A DNA stretch of 64,000 bases from Octopus vulgaris. Lineage: Eukaryota. The notes beneath the pieces are model-generated. The model saw nothing but the letters and a program-made list of their open reading frames with translations, searched no databases and was not told the origin of the DNA. The translations under genes and the position numbers were made by a program. This document shows, one piece after another, positions 1 through 13,319 of this stretch (positions are counted from its first letter, which is position 1; each line of letters starts with the position of its first letter). The stretch is from contig OX597820.1 of NCBI GenBank assembly GCA_951406725.2, forward strand, positions 22,320,001-22,384,000, written 5' to 3'.

Positions 1-34
1 ATAATGCATGGTTAATTCATAACAATGTGTTTGT

Positions 35-222
35 GCCACATAAAAAGCACTAATTCCACTCTGCTGAGTGGTTGGTGTTAAGAAGGGCATCCAGCTGTAA
101 AAATCCTGCCAAAATAGTCATAAAAGTCTGGTGCAGGCTTTGGCCTGGCCGGCTCTTGTGGTACCGTCCCACCCATGCTAGCATGGAACACAGATGTTAA
201 ATAATGATGCTGATGATGATGA
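35..222 (+). mobile_element. Retroposon 3' module E (…ggttggcgttaggaagggcatccagctgta…cccatgctagcatgga…(GAT)n)
   Basis: The same module recurs at about 2075, 3195, 26210(-), 28420(-), 34950, 37310(-), 39085 and 44825 and always ends in (GAT)n. Confidence 0.75.
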
Positions 223-789
223 ATATGAATAAATAAGAAATGCACTTGTCAAGGGAATTTGAATGCAAAGGGGTTTGTGTGTCAATGCATGTCAGTGAAA
301 GTATGCAAGAAAGTGCGTACTCTCATGAAGTACACATGTATTCATCGATACGCACATACACACACACTCTCAGACACCTGCAGGTTGCTGACTAAATATT
401 CTAGTAAATGTTATCTCTGTTGTAGATCAACCCATCCAGGGGCTGAGTAAAAGGGTGGGTCTGCTAAACATAAACAACCACAGCAACCCTCTATCTGTAA
501 CATGAGTAAAACAAAATTAAAAAAAAAAAAAGATTAGCAAGTTTTCTCTCCTGTAACTTTTAATGGCTATAAAGACAGCCCGGGAATAAAATGTCAGTTT
601 ATTCATACGGATAAGAGAAAGGCATCATCAGGCTTCTAAAAACTGGTGAGATGGTGGTGGAGGTTGACTGGGACGGCTGATAGGGGGAAGATTTGTGAAA
701 CACTCCTCCTCAAAGTAATAACAAATATACTCTGATTCATGATGCCTGGTACACTAAGATAAAGTGAGATCACAGGGTATGTGGATAAG

Positions 790-849
790 TGTATGTAGCT
801 GTGTATTTACATATATATATATGTGTATGTGTGTGTGTGTGCATGTATT

Positions 850-912
<63 letters not shown>

Positions 913-980
913 GTGTGCGCATGTATTTATGTATATATATGCATGTATGTATTAGGTGTGTATGTGTGTGTATATATATT
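790..980. repeat. Compound (TA)n/(TG)n microsatellite
   Basis: Seen directly. It explains the YIYI/CVCV ORFs. Confidence 0.95.
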
Positions 981-1648
981 AGAAAAATTATATAAATTAG
1001 AAAAAAAACACTTTTTATCAATTCAAAATGAACAATTAAATTACACCATCTAGAAAATTACATATAATAGTAATATTTAATTTAAAATAATAATGTACCT
1101 ATGATTAAGTAAATTGCAAAATAATAATAAAAACGTATATATTTGGTAGAATATATGTTTTTTTTCTAATTTTTATATATATTTCATATTTTGTGAAAAT
1201 TTGATTTAGTATTTCTAAATTGAATTTTTCCCTGTAAGTTAGGAATAGTATTCCCTCAAATAATTATTTTATATATATATTAAAATTGAGGGAAATACAA
1301 GAAGAAACTGGAGAATAAATGGATGTAATTACTGATTTATTTGCATGTTGTAGAAAGATGCCGTTTTTTTCTTTAAAAAAACATTACAAATAAATTGGAA
1401 GTTAAGAGCTTAGAATAATTAAGAAAAATAGCGTAAGAAGAACCTACATATATGTTTCTGTCAAACCAATAAGTAGATGGGAATCTCCAAAATACATTTA
1501 ATGTCAAGGAAATTAACTATATATATATATATAACATATGTATTTATGTGTAGATATGCTTGTGTGTGTGTGTGTGTGTGTATAATATGCACATATGTAT
1601 GTGTGTGTGTAGATGCATGTACATATATATGTGCTTGCGTGTGTGTGC

Positions 1649-1695
<47 letters not shown>

Positions 1696-3019
1696 TATAT
1701 AAATTTAAAATTAAGGATAAAATCTTTATAAGAAATTATCAGTAGTTAGCATGAAAAACCTCATAAGAGAAAAAATCTGTAAATTTTTCCACTTTGAAAA
1801 TATTTATTTATATTATATAGAGGGTACTATTATTCATAGGTACCGCACGCTAGGAGGGACTTTTGCAGTCAAAACTACTAAAATAAACAAATTGTACCGA
1901 ATGCAAAACTTCAAAGCAAGTCATTTAGAAACAGAATTTAGTTACATATCACTGTGATTTCGCAATCAATGCAGAATATGCATTCTATGCTCTTCAGTGC
2001 AACGAACATATATATATATATATATATATTCATATATATATATATATATATATTCATGCTTACTTTACATATGCTGGTATCACATAAAAACCTCTCAGGA
2101 CACTGTAAAGCAGTTGGTGTTAGGAAGGGCATCCAGCCATAGAAATTATACCAAAACAGATAACAGAGCCTTTTGCAGCTCTTTTATCTTACCAGCTCTT
2201 GTCAAACCATCCCATCCATGCCAGCATAGATGACAGGTGTTAAATGATGATGGTGTATACATAAAAATTTATATGCATATATGCATGTTTTTAAAATGTG
2301 GGGTGCACAGCGAAGTTCAACATGCTAATAAAATCATGCCCAGTAGAGGGCTCCACAATCCAATCCAATATCCAGCCCAGTAAAACACAATGATGCATGG
2401 GTTACTAATCACAGGATCGGCTAGAGTATGGAGGACAGGCCAAATAGTATGCATAATGTCTCTACTGGTTATGTAATTACTTCGGTATTTTGCTGAAATG
2501 TGTGTATGTCCTATAAAGCTGTGAATACCACACCTGTTTTTTACTTATTATTTTTTTCTACTATGTATGTGTGTGTGTGTGTTTCTGTGTATATATATAT
2601 GTACATATATGTGTGTGTGTGTGATTATATGTATAGTTGTATATGAGTATATATATATATTTATATATATATGTATATGAATATATATGTATGTATATGT
2701 GTATGTATATATATATATGTATGTGTATATATGTATAAGTGTATGTATATATATGTATATATGTAGGCATCCATTTGTAGAAAATCTTCTTCAATGAAAA
2801 TCTGTCTGACCCATGTAAATGTTGAAAAAAGTGGACATTAAATGATGACGTTGATGGCATCTGAGGAATAATGTCTTCATTGAAATTAGTTATTAACATT
2901 GTTCTTTGATTCCACCAGAAAATATGAATTTAATAGATTATACATACATACAGGCATGCACCCCCCCACACACACACACACAGAAAGAAGTGAGCTCAGA
3001 TGTATACATCTGGAGTTTG

Positions 3020-3190
3020 AGGGGAGCAGGATAGTCTATCACATCAATCCCAGTACTTGACTGGTACTTAATTAATCGACCCCAAAAGGATGAAAGGCAA
3101 AGTCAACCTTGGTGGAATTTGAACTTAGAACATAGTGACATGTGAAATACCACTAAGCATTTCGGCCAGTGTGCAAACAATTCTGCCACT
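3020..3190 (-). mobile_element. SINE family B (ggcagaa…ttctgagttcaaattcc…ttgcctttcatcctttcggggtcgataaattaagtaccag)
   Basis: B-box-like GAGTTCAAATTCC, a conserved central domain, and more than 20 copies in the window. Confidence 0.8.
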
Positions 3191-3602
3191 TGCTACCTTG
3201 TGCTTGGCATTAGGAAGGGCATCCAGCTGTAGAAATAATGCCAAAGCAGACATAAAACCTCACAGAGCCCTCTAGCTTGTCTCTTCTTATCAAACTGTCC
3301 AACCCATGCTAGCATGGCAAAAAAGGACATTAAGTAAGGATTATGATGATAATACACACACACATACACACACTTGCCTACACAGAGAAACAAGTTAGCT
3401 CAGATGTATACATAAGCATAGATTTTAGCAGAAGGCATGTTAATTTTGTGAATAGCTAATGCACAGGAACTGGAAAGGTTACTACTATATCCTCCCATTC
3501 ATTCAAATTCATTATCATCCAAAGAACAGATGGTACTGTCAGTGGTATACCTATGTGTGACGTTGCTTGTCTGCTTGCTTGTTCCATATTCAAATCTTGT
3601 AG

Positions 3603-3667
3603 TTTCATATGCCGCCTCAACTGCAACAGCTAAGTGCTTCTAATGGAACACCAGAATATTATTATAC
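3603..3667 (+). CDS. Putative 65-nt internal coding exon (FHMPPQLQQLSASNGTPEYYY-), gene unidentified
   Basis: Pyrimidine-rich acceptor …aaatcttgtAG, perfect donor GTAAGT, unique sequence, and only one open frame. No homology recognised. Confidence 0.45.
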
Positions 3668-4072
3668 GTAAGTCACATTGACTTAAATATTTGTGAAGCT
3701 GAAGCAGTGGAAGATGATAAAAGATAACAGAGACAAACCTTCAAGTGTTATTACAGATCTCCTGTAGGTCAAGGTATACGCAATTTCAGAAAGAACATGT
3801 TTACATCCCACCAAGAATTTACATCACAGAGTACTTCCTGGGCTTATTAGATAAGAGAACGTAATGGATTTAAGATTAAGTGTTCAAAGTATAAGCAAAT
3901 TCTGAATCTTTTCGCCATATGTTCTAGGGATATCCTTTTATTTGATCCAGTCATTGATTGTGGCCATGCTGGAGCACGGCTTTGAAGGCATTTTATGTTG
4001 TTTTCTTTTTGTCAATCAACCAAATTGATCCTGGTGTTTATTTTAAGTCTGGTAAGTCGCAGGGACATAAAC

Positions 4073-4107
<35 letters not shown>

Positions 4108-4268
4108 CATCATCATCATCATCATAATCATTACTTAATATCCTTTTTTTTTATGCTAGCATGGGTTGGACAGTTTGATAAAAAGAGACAAGCTAGAGGG
4201 CTCTGTCAGGTTTTATGTCTGCTTTGGCATTACTTCTACAGCTGGATGGCCTTCCTAATGCCAACCAC

Positions 4269-4463
4269 AAGGTAGCAAGTGGCAGAATCGTTAGCATGCT
4301 GGACAAAATGCTTAGCAGTATTTCACCTGTTGCTACGTTCTGAGTTCAAATTCCGCTGGGGTTGACTTTACCTTTCATCCTTTCAAGGTCGATAAATTAA
4401 GTACCAGTGAAACACTATATAATCAACTAGTCCCCTCTCCACAAATTTCAAGCTTCGTGCCTA

Positions 4464-4502
<39 letters not shown>

Positions 4503-4889
4503 GGTGGTGAGCTGGCAGGATTATTAGCAAGCTGGGCAAAATGCTTAGCAGCATCTTGTCCATCTTTATGTTCTGAGTTCAAATTCTGCCAAGGTCAACA
4601 TTGAATTTCATCCTTTTGGGGTTGATGAAATAAGTACCAGTTATGCACTGGGGTGTTATAATCGACTAGTCCCCTCCCCCAAAATTCTTGGCTTATAGTA
4701 GAAAGGATTTCTTTAATCAACCCCGAAAGGCAAAGTCGACCTCGGTAGAATTTGAGGTCGATTCATCCTTTCGGGGTAGATTAAATAAATACCAGTTATG
4801 CACTGGGGTTGATCTAATCGACTTAATCTCTTTGTCTGTCCTTGTTTGTCCCCTCTATGTTTAACCCCTTGTGGGCAATTAAGAAATAA

Positions 4890-4927
<38 letters not shown>

Positions 4928-5165
4928 TATTACTATTATCAACAGCAGCAAGGCAGCACGCTGGCAGAATCAATTAGCATGCTGGACGAAATGCTTAGCA
5001 GTATTTTGCTGTTGTTACATTCTGAGTTCAAGTTCCGCTAAGGTCGACTTTGCTTTTCATCCTTTTGGGGTCAGTAAAATAAGTACCAGTTGAACACTGG
5101 GGTTCGATGCAATCACCTCATCCCCACCTCCCCCAAGCTGCCCTTGTGTCAAAAATTTAAAATAA
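4269..5165 (+). mobile_element. Cluster of SINE B copies separated by (ATT)n
   Basis: Copies start at about 4269, 4501, 4765 (partial) and 4958. Confidence 0.85.
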
Positions 5166-6005
5166 TTATTGTCAGCAGCACCAGTAGGAGCTTCTATGAG
5201 TGAAAAAGTGTAGTATAGGATAAGATTTTGAATGAGTCGAATTAGGGTGTGTAACAGGGTAGAAATGGGGGCCAGTAAAAGCAAGAAATATAAGCACTTT
5301 GTAGACAATATGTTCTAGAGACATGCAGTTCTGAGAATGAAAGGTTATGTGTACTATTGATTGTGGTCTCTAGAAAGGAAGAAAGTGGGAGGAAGGAGGA
5401 ATAATGGCAGAGGTAAGTGAATGAAAAGGCAAGAAACAAGGACAAGGGTGAGGGTAGGTGGATGGATGCTGTTTCAGCTTCTTCAAAAGAAGGAAAAATT
5501 GTAGTTTGACTAGAAACAAGCATGGAAGTGAGGCATGACAGTGATAGACTAAGAGTTGGGGTCTGCTTTGTCTTGGGAATTCTTTCATTTAAATGTTTAT
5601 TTATTTTACTTGTTTCAGTCGTTAGACTGCAGCCCATGCTGGGGCACCACTTTGATGTGTTTAGTTGAACAAATCGCCTGCCAAATACTTAGTTTTTTTT
5701 TTTAAATCTTGTAGTCTCTTTTGCTAAACAGCTAAATTACAAGTGATGTAAATGTGTGTGTGTGTATGTGTCTTTGTGTTTGTCCTCCCATCACCGCTTG
5801 ACAACCAGAGTTGGTGTGTTTATGTCCCCATTTCTCTGGCCATATATTTGGAAATTTTTTTTCTTTTGTTCTTTCTTCCCTGTCTTGAACTTGGACACTT
5901 ATAATTCATTTGATACATCGATGCATTGTCCCATCTTGCTTCTTTAGATGGCTTGTATTTGTAGTTACGCTTGATGCCAGCATGTTAATAGCCATCAATA
6001 GGTAT

Positions 6006-6193
6006 ACTCTTTTACTTGTTTCAGTCATTTGACTGTGGCCATGCTAGAGCACCGCCTTTAGTCGACCAAATTGACCCCAGCACTTATTCTTTGTAAGCCT
6101 AGTACTTATTCTATCAGACTCTTTTGCTGAACTGCTAAGTTACAGGGACATAAACACACCAGCATCAGTTGTCAAGCGATGTTGGGGAGACAG

Positions 6194-6255
<62 letters not shown>

Positions 6256-6424
6256 TATATACACATACATATATATGACAGGCTTCTTTCAGTTTTTGTA
6301 TACCAAATCCACTCAGCCCGAAGCTATAGTAGAAGACACTTGCCCAAGGTGCCATGCAGTGGGACTGAACCCGGAACCATGTGGTTGGTAAGCAAGCTAC
6401 TTACCACACAGCCACTCCTACGCC
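6006..6424 (-). mobile_element. SINE family A: tRNA-like head + CORE-like domain + internal (TA/TG)n + tail …gactgaaacaagtaaaaga
   Basis: Head ggcgtaggagtggctgtgtggtaag…ggttcagtccc (A/B boxes), CORE-like caccttgggcaagtgtctt, and about 20 copies in the window. Confidence 0.9.
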
Positions 6425-7157
6425 TGGTATAAAGAATTAGTGCCTTAATGATGCATAGGGTAGTGTTCCAATATGGCCACCAAGGAGGAAAGAGTTTATA
6501 ATCATTTCTACTATTAGCGCAAGGCCTGAAATTTTGGAAGAAAGGCTTTTGTCGATTATATCAACCCTAGTGCTCAACTGGTACCTTCTTTATTACTCCT
6601 GAAAGACTCAGATGCAAAAACAACCTCAGTGGAATTTGAACTCAGAATCAAAGCCAGAAGAGTGCTACTAAGCATTTCCTCTGGCATGCTAATGACTGTC
6701 TTGGAAAGAGTTAATAAGGATTCGAATTCTAGTTTGAATAATTTTTACCCTCATTCTACAACATTCCTTAACCCCTGCCATATACACTCACCTGAAACCA
6801 TCTCTGATTCAACGATACAAAACTTGTTTTAAAACTGTTCGTATCTAGATTAAACCAGTTCATCATAATTTTATGTGAGAACTTTTTGTTAGATCATGAT
6901 CTAAACACCAGTATATAAATAGGTGTTAATTTGCTAAAGCTTTCCATTTATTATTGTTATTCAATAATCTTATTTCTGTCACGTACTTTCACTGCACGAC
7001 TGAGCACAGTTCTGTGTGCCTTGGGTGTGTGCTGTGGTTTGTTGTGGGGCTCTTATTTTCACTTATTTTTAGTATTACTGAGTGCGCTGCACATGTCATC
7101 AAAGTGACACTGGGGTATAATTTATTATTATTCTCATTATTATTATTATTATTATTA

Positions 7158-7690
7158 TTGAGTGAGAGAACAGTTCATGCCATCAAAGTGACACTGGGGT
7201 AAAATATACGAAGCCCAGTATACCCATCATGACTACCCGTCTGATAAGGGTACACTAGGCACATGCATCACAACCATATGTATGTGACATGGTGATCTCA
7301 TATCAAGATAAACAGCGCATGACCTTGCAGGTGGGGCCCAGTTAGAATGCTCTTCTGGTCGAGTAACCCATCTCACTTAAAAGGTCCCTGAATAAGGATT
7401 GTTTAAGGATGTTGAACAAAACACTCATGTTTCCAGGGGTGAATTAGCCAAACCTCCAATAATTCCTTTCAACACATGGCTATTGGTCAGAGATGCACAT
7501 ATCGTCAGCCACTAAGGGACATGGTCAACTGGTTATGGTCAAACAACTGACAAGCAACTCCGTGGTATTGAGCAGAATATTTGATGTAGCCCATCTTTTA
7601 TACCAAGACAAAACAATGTACATGATAACACTTCCAATCAGTTAAGATCAGATGCCATGAGAGCCACTGCCTGATACTGCATCAGGGCAT
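7158..7690. mobile_element. ~530-bp repeat inserted in (ATT)n microsatellite
   Basis: Flanked by (ATT)n on both sides. The same end (gagtgagag…catgccatcaaagtgacactggg) follows (ATT)n at about 38146, and a partial copy sits at about 7079. Confidence 0.6.
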
Positions 7691-8213
7691 TTATTATCAT
7701 TATTATTATTATTATTATCATTATTATCATTATTATTATTAATATGATTATGATTATTTTCAGTTTAGTACTGGGGTCGATTTATTTGACTAAAATTCTT
7801 CAAAGCAGTGCCCCAACATGGCCACAATCTAATGACTGGAAAAAGTAAAAGATAAAAAAAAAAAATAATAAGACCTTTGTAATAATCATGTCTACTGAGA
7901 AAATGGTATTGATTTCCTCTTTGAGAAAATGACAATGTCGTCACTCCTTGCTACTATGAACTTACTACCGAGAATGTCTGTGTTTACTGTATTAGAATTG
8001 CTCATCAGGTAACATGAAAAGATCACATACCACACCTGTTTTTTTTTCTGACACAGCTAAATTTTTATGGTGTCATAAGAAGTGAAAAGTACCGAAAAAA
8101 AAAAAGCAGGAAAAACTAATCAGAAAATGTGTGACTAAACTGATTTATTATCAAACTTATGACACAAGAGGGTAAAAATAACCATATTGTTGCTGCTACT
8201 GCTGCTGTTGTTG

Positions 8214-8415
8214 TTGTTAAGCAACAAGACGGGTAAGGGTGATTAGGTGATGGTCTAGGGCTTAGGGGCGGGAGACCCCAGACCTTGGGGGGAAAAAAAA
8301 ACTTTGGTCGTCTTGTTGTAGTCGAGGGCTCTTCGTTGACGCCCGACACCACTTGGAGATGGCCCTTGAAGTCGCTGGAAATGGAGATCTCCAGGTCCAA
8401 ATTCTTAGACGGCTG
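8214..8415 (-). mobile_element. ~200-nt GC-rich retroposon X, copy 1
   Basis: (AAC)n tail, TSD ctgctgctgttgttg (8199-8213 / 8416-8430), and homologous to 13320-13524. Confidence 0.8.
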
Positions 8416-8424
8416 CTGCTGCTG

Positions 8425-8690
8425 TTGTTGAACCTACCCACCCCCCGGTCAGCTCTTGCCAGGACTACACAGGCTTAAAACCAAGGGCATTCTCACTAGG
8501 ACATCCTATCTTTTTACATGGAGGTGTCTTTCAGATTATATTACTATCTCCTTCATTGTTATATGCACACACACATGTCTGCATAGGGCCACATTATCCA
8601 ATGTGTCCTTTGTTTCTTGTAAGACAATAGGTGTAATTTAAGAAAGATTTGGCTGTCATATCAAACAAGTCAAGCAATTGTATACAAGCT
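8425..8690 (-). mobile_element. Old repeat family I (…cattatccaatgtgtcc…gatttggctgctatttct…)
   Basis: Diverged relatives at about 45470-45690, 47905-48130, 54245-54400, 57360-57420 and 63260-63415. Confidence 0.55.
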
Positions 8691-9093
8691 CCCAGTGGGA
8701 ATGTTCATTAGTCATGTGGCTTTTTTTGTTTTGTTTTGGGTTTTTTTTATTACTGTGGTATTGGTATTGATTCTTTTGTGTTGACCTAACAGCTTAAATG
8801 TTAAGGTAGGTGGCTATTAGGAAATGTATCATTCATTCTTTTCTGAGAAGCCTAAATGTGTTGGCATAAATAAAACTCGTGACCAGGATGTGATCGGGGA
8901 ATGTAAAAGGGTAATCGTTTGTAGAAAGTATAAAAGAAGTTTTTTGTTTGGCAATTTCTGTAAAAAAAAAAAATTTTTCTTTTTTTTTCTTTTTTTTTTT
9001 TCAACATAATCATTTATGCATTTTTGTGTATTTATTGTGTGTGTGTGTGTGTGTTGAGAAGTCCCTGAACCCCTTGAGGTTTACTCTTTAACT

Positions 9094-9483
9094 TCTTTTA
9101 CTTGTTTCAGTCATTTGACTGCGGCTATGCTGGAGCACCGCCTTTAGTCGAGCAAATCGACCCCAGGACTTATTCTTTGGAAGCCTAGTACTTATTCTAT
9201 CAGTCTCTTTTGCTGAACCACTAAGTTACGGAGACGTAAACACACCACCATTGGTTGCCAAGTGATGTTGGGGGGACAAACACAGACACACAAACATATA
9301 CACACATATACATATATATATATGTATATACAATGGGCTTCTTTCAGTTTCCATCTACCAAATCCACTCACAAGGCTTTGGTCAGCCCAAGGCTATAGTA
9401 GAAGACACTTGCCCAAGGTGCCATGCAGTGGGACTGAACCCAGAACCATGTGGTTGGTAAGCAAGCTACTTACCACACAGCCA
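9094..9483 (-). mobile_element. SINE A
   Basis: Near full-length match to the other A copies. Confidence 0.9.
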
Positions 9484-9539
9484 GGGTACTGCAGCCATGC
9501 AGGTTATCTAGGGTGAGAAAGCCTGGCAGAGCCCATCCC

Positions 9540-9833
9540 TCTACACTCACTTCTACAGCTGAGTGGGCTGGAGCAACATGAAATGAAGTACGTTGCTCAA
9601 GAACACAACGGATCACTCAGTCCATGGATTGAAATCTCAATCTTAGAGTTGTGAGTCCAACATCCTAACCACTGAGCGATGCACCTCCACTAGTGGTACT
9701 CATTTCTACAGCTGAGTGACCTGGAGCAATGTGAAGTGAAGTATTTTGCTCAAGAACTCAATGCACCGCCTAGTCCAGAAATTGAAACCACGATTTTACA
9801 ATTACTGGCCCAACGCCCTAACCACTAAGCCAC
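9540..9833 (-). mobile_element. Two SINE D heads (tRNA-like head + tgtgttcttgagcaa…cacttcatttcacgttgctccag domain)
   Basis: A-box tggcttagtgg and B-box ggtttcaattc. Matches 15455, 50107 and 59270-59417. Confidence 0.75.
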
Positions 9834-9988
9834 GCTGTGTATATATATATGTATGTATATGTATATGTGTATGTATGTGTATGTAAGTATATGTATGTAT
9901 GTGTATACCCATACATTCACACACAAATACGTACATACACACAAAAAAATGCATAAGCATACGTAATTCAGCTGGGAAAACAAATCAA

Positions 9989-10970
9989 CCCTTTCATTAC
10001 TGTATTTATTTTGAGATACTCTGTGTTGCTTTCAATTACTTTTAAATATAACAAAGAATTTAGTAAAATAACTTACAGTTATCATTAAGCTAGTGTTAGG
10101 AACATAAATTGTGACTAAGGTTTGGTGGAAGATTTTAAATCAAAACTTATGAAAACAAGACATTTGTACTCAGAGCCAGAGCCGGTTTTAGCTGGGTTGG
10201 TATCAAAAGGGTTAAGAATTGTTTCTCTATTATATATTTTAACCATTTTGTTACCATATTTCTGTTGAGACACTCTGTACTTCTTTCAATTAATTTCAAA
10301 TATAACAAAGAATTTAGTAAAATAACTTAGTTATCATTAAGCTAGTGTTAGGAACATAAATTGTGACTAAGGTTTGGTGGAAGATTTTAATTTGATACTT
10401 ATGAAATCAAGACATTTGTACTCAGAGCCAGAGCCGGTTTCAGCCGGGCTGGTATCAAAAGGGTTAAGAATTGTTTCTCTATTATATATTTTAACCATTT
10501 TGTTACCATATTTCTGTTGAGACACTCTGTACTTCTTTCAATTAATTTCAAATATAACAAAGAATTTAGTAAAATAACTTACAGATATCATTCAGCTAGT
10601 GTTAGGAACATAAATTGTGACTAAGGTTTGGTGGAAGATTTTAATTTAAAACTTATGAAAACAAGACATTTGTACACAGAGCCAGAGCTGGTTTCAGCCG
10701 GGCTGGTATCAAAAGGGTTAAGAATTGTTTCTCTATTATATATTTTAGCCATTTTGTTACCATATTTCTGTTGAGACACTCTGTATTTCTTTCAATTACT
10801 TTAAATATAACAAAGAATTTAGTAAAATAACTTAGTTATCATTAAGCTAGTGTTTGGAACATAAATTGTGACTAAGGTTTGGTGGAAGATTTTAATTTGA
10901 TACTTATGAATTCAAGACATTTGTACTCAGAGCCAGAGCCGGTTTCAGCTGGGTTGGTAACGAAAGGTTT
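9989..10970. repeat. Tandem array of four ~253-bp units, each a piggyBac-type MITE (family F) plus shared spacer
   Basis: Units 1-3 end aaagggTTAA and unit 4 ends aaaggttt. The spacer gaattgtttctctattatatattt is identical between units. Solitary F copies occur at 28700 and 30494. Confidence 0.9.
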
Positions 10971-11159
10971 AAACTGGCTGTATCCGGCTGAAATATTCTT
11001 CCTGTTTTATGCTCAAACTGGCTAGGTCAAGCCTCACATATCTACTCTTACAATGTTAGCCTAAAAACTGTACAGTCACATAAGTGAAATCACAAGGCTT
11101 CAAGATAAATAAGTGACATTTGATAGAGTAGTCTGAGTTACTAAATTGTTGAAGAAATT

Positions 11160-11380
11160 CTTTTATTTGTTTCAGTCATTTCACTGCCGCCATTCTGGAG
11201 CACTGCCTTTAGTCGAACAAATCGATCCCAGAACTTATTCTAAGCCTAGTACATATTCTATCGATCTCTTTTTTGCCAAATCACTAAGTTACGAGGATGT
11301 AGACATGCCTCCATCAGTTAAGTGATAGTGGAGAGACAGACACAGACACACATACATACATACATACATACATACATACA

Positions 11381-11427
<47 letters not shown>

Positions 11428-11858
11428 GGGCTTATTTCAGTTTCCATCTATCAAATCTACTCAAGGCTTTGGTCGGCTCAAGGCTATAGTAGAAGACACT
11501 TGCCTAAGGTGCTACGCAGTGGGACTGAACCCAGAACCATGTGGTTGGTAAGCAGGCTACTTAACCACACAGCCAAAGAAATTTTTATGGAAATTGCCAG
11601 ACACACTTTACTCTTTTACTCGTTCCAGTCATTTGACTGTGGCCATGCTAGAGCACTGCCTTTAGTCAAGCACATCGACACCAGGAAGTATTCTTTGTAA
11701 GCCTAGTAGTTATTCTATTGGTCCCTTTTGCTGAACCACTAAGTTACGGGGACATAAACACACCAACATCGGTTGTCAAGCGATGTTTGGGGGACAAACG
11801 CAGACACACAAACACACACACACACACACACGCACACACACACGCACACACACACACG

Positions 11859-11898
<40 letters not shown>

Positions 11899-12059
11899 TA
11901 CATATATATACGACAGGCTTCTTTCAGTTTCCATCCACCAAATCCACTCACAAGGCTTTGGGTGGCCCGAGGTTATAGCAGAAGACACTTGCTCAAGGTG
12001 CCATGCAGTGGGACTGTGGTTGGTAAGTAAGCTACTTACCACACAGCCACTCCTACGCC
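11160..12059 (-). mobile_element. Two SINE A copies in tandem
   Basis: About 11160-11574 and 11610-12059. Confidence 0.9.
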
Positions 12060-12761
12060 TACACTTTCACTTTTCATTTACTTTCTCTGAGAGATTGTCA
12101 TTTAAAAAAAACATGTATGAATTGGGTTTGTTCTGAGCTTATCTTTTATCTTTCTTTTTTTTTTTTTCCTTTTAATTGGCTTGGTCTACTGGCAGAGGCT
12201 GGGTCTATGACCTTTTAAGGCACTCTTACATGGATGTGATGGATGCAGTTAATATTCCTCTTGAATAGTTACATCTTATCATTCATCCATTTTTTGTTTT
12301 AGTCATTGGACTGTAGCCATGCTGGAGCACCACCTTGAAGAGTTTTAGTCACACAAATCAACCCCGTTACTTGTTTTTAAGTGTGGTACTTACTATGCTG
12401 GTCTCTCTTGCCGGACCACTAAAATATGGGAATGTAACCAAACCATCACCAGTTCTCAAGTGGTGGTAGGGACAATCACAAAAACACATACACTCGCATA
12501 TTTATGATGGGCTTCCTTTCAGTTTCTGTCCACCAAATTCACTCACAAGGTATTGGTTGCCCAAGGCTATAGCAAAATTCCACTTGCCCAAGGTGCCACA
12601 CAGTGGGAATGAACTTAAAACTACACGGTTGCATAGAAACGTTCTTAACCACACAGCCATACCTGCACCTATGTTGACAGCTGCAGGAAAAACATGGTGT
12701 AGAGAAGGAATTCTTGATGACCAATGGTCTGTGGAAGAAGGATTGGGTGAACATAGTGCGT

Positions 12762-13068
12762 ACGTTGTTTGTTCCTTCTCGAGCCATGCCTGGCTCATAA
12801 GGGCTGGTTTCCCGGTTTCCTAGGCATATAGATTCTCCACCTGGAAGGTATGCCAGTCCATCGCAGGTGAGCTGCAAGATGCAGGAGGAAAGAGTGAGAG
12901 AAAGTTGTGGCGAAAGAGTCAGCAGAAGTTTGCCATTACCGTCTGCTGGAGTCGCATGGAGCTTAGGTGTTTCGCTCATAAACACACACATCGCTCAGTC
13001 TGAGATTCGAACCCGCAATCCCTCGACCATGAGTCTGCTGCTCTAACCACTAGGCCATGTGCCTCCAC
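12762..13068 (-). mobile_element. SINE family C (tRNA-Arg-like head), tail variant ending aaggaacaaacaac
   Basis: Head gtggaggcacatggcctagtggttagagcagcagactc…gggttcgaatc. The same tail is present at 53128-53424. Confidence 0.8.
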
Positions 13069-13319
13069 AGTGCATATGTTGAAAAGAGAACACTCAATTT
13101 TCTCTAGAGAGCCCTCACTCACAAAATCATTAAAAAACAGCGAAATTGTGAGTTTCATCTGAGATCATTTCTTTTAATCTTTGGTCATTTCGGGTTTTTT
13201 TCTTTTTTTCGCTCATAACTTGTGAAATGCAGCAGTATTATATACACAAGACTGGGTGGTTAAGAAGCCCACTTTGCAACCATGGTTTTAAGTTCAATTC
13301 CCTTGCACAGCACCTTGGG

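Noticed and set aside
764-2899. Many 60-110 aa ORFs rich in YI/CV/HT
   Set aside because: They are translations of (TA)n/(TG)n microsatellites.
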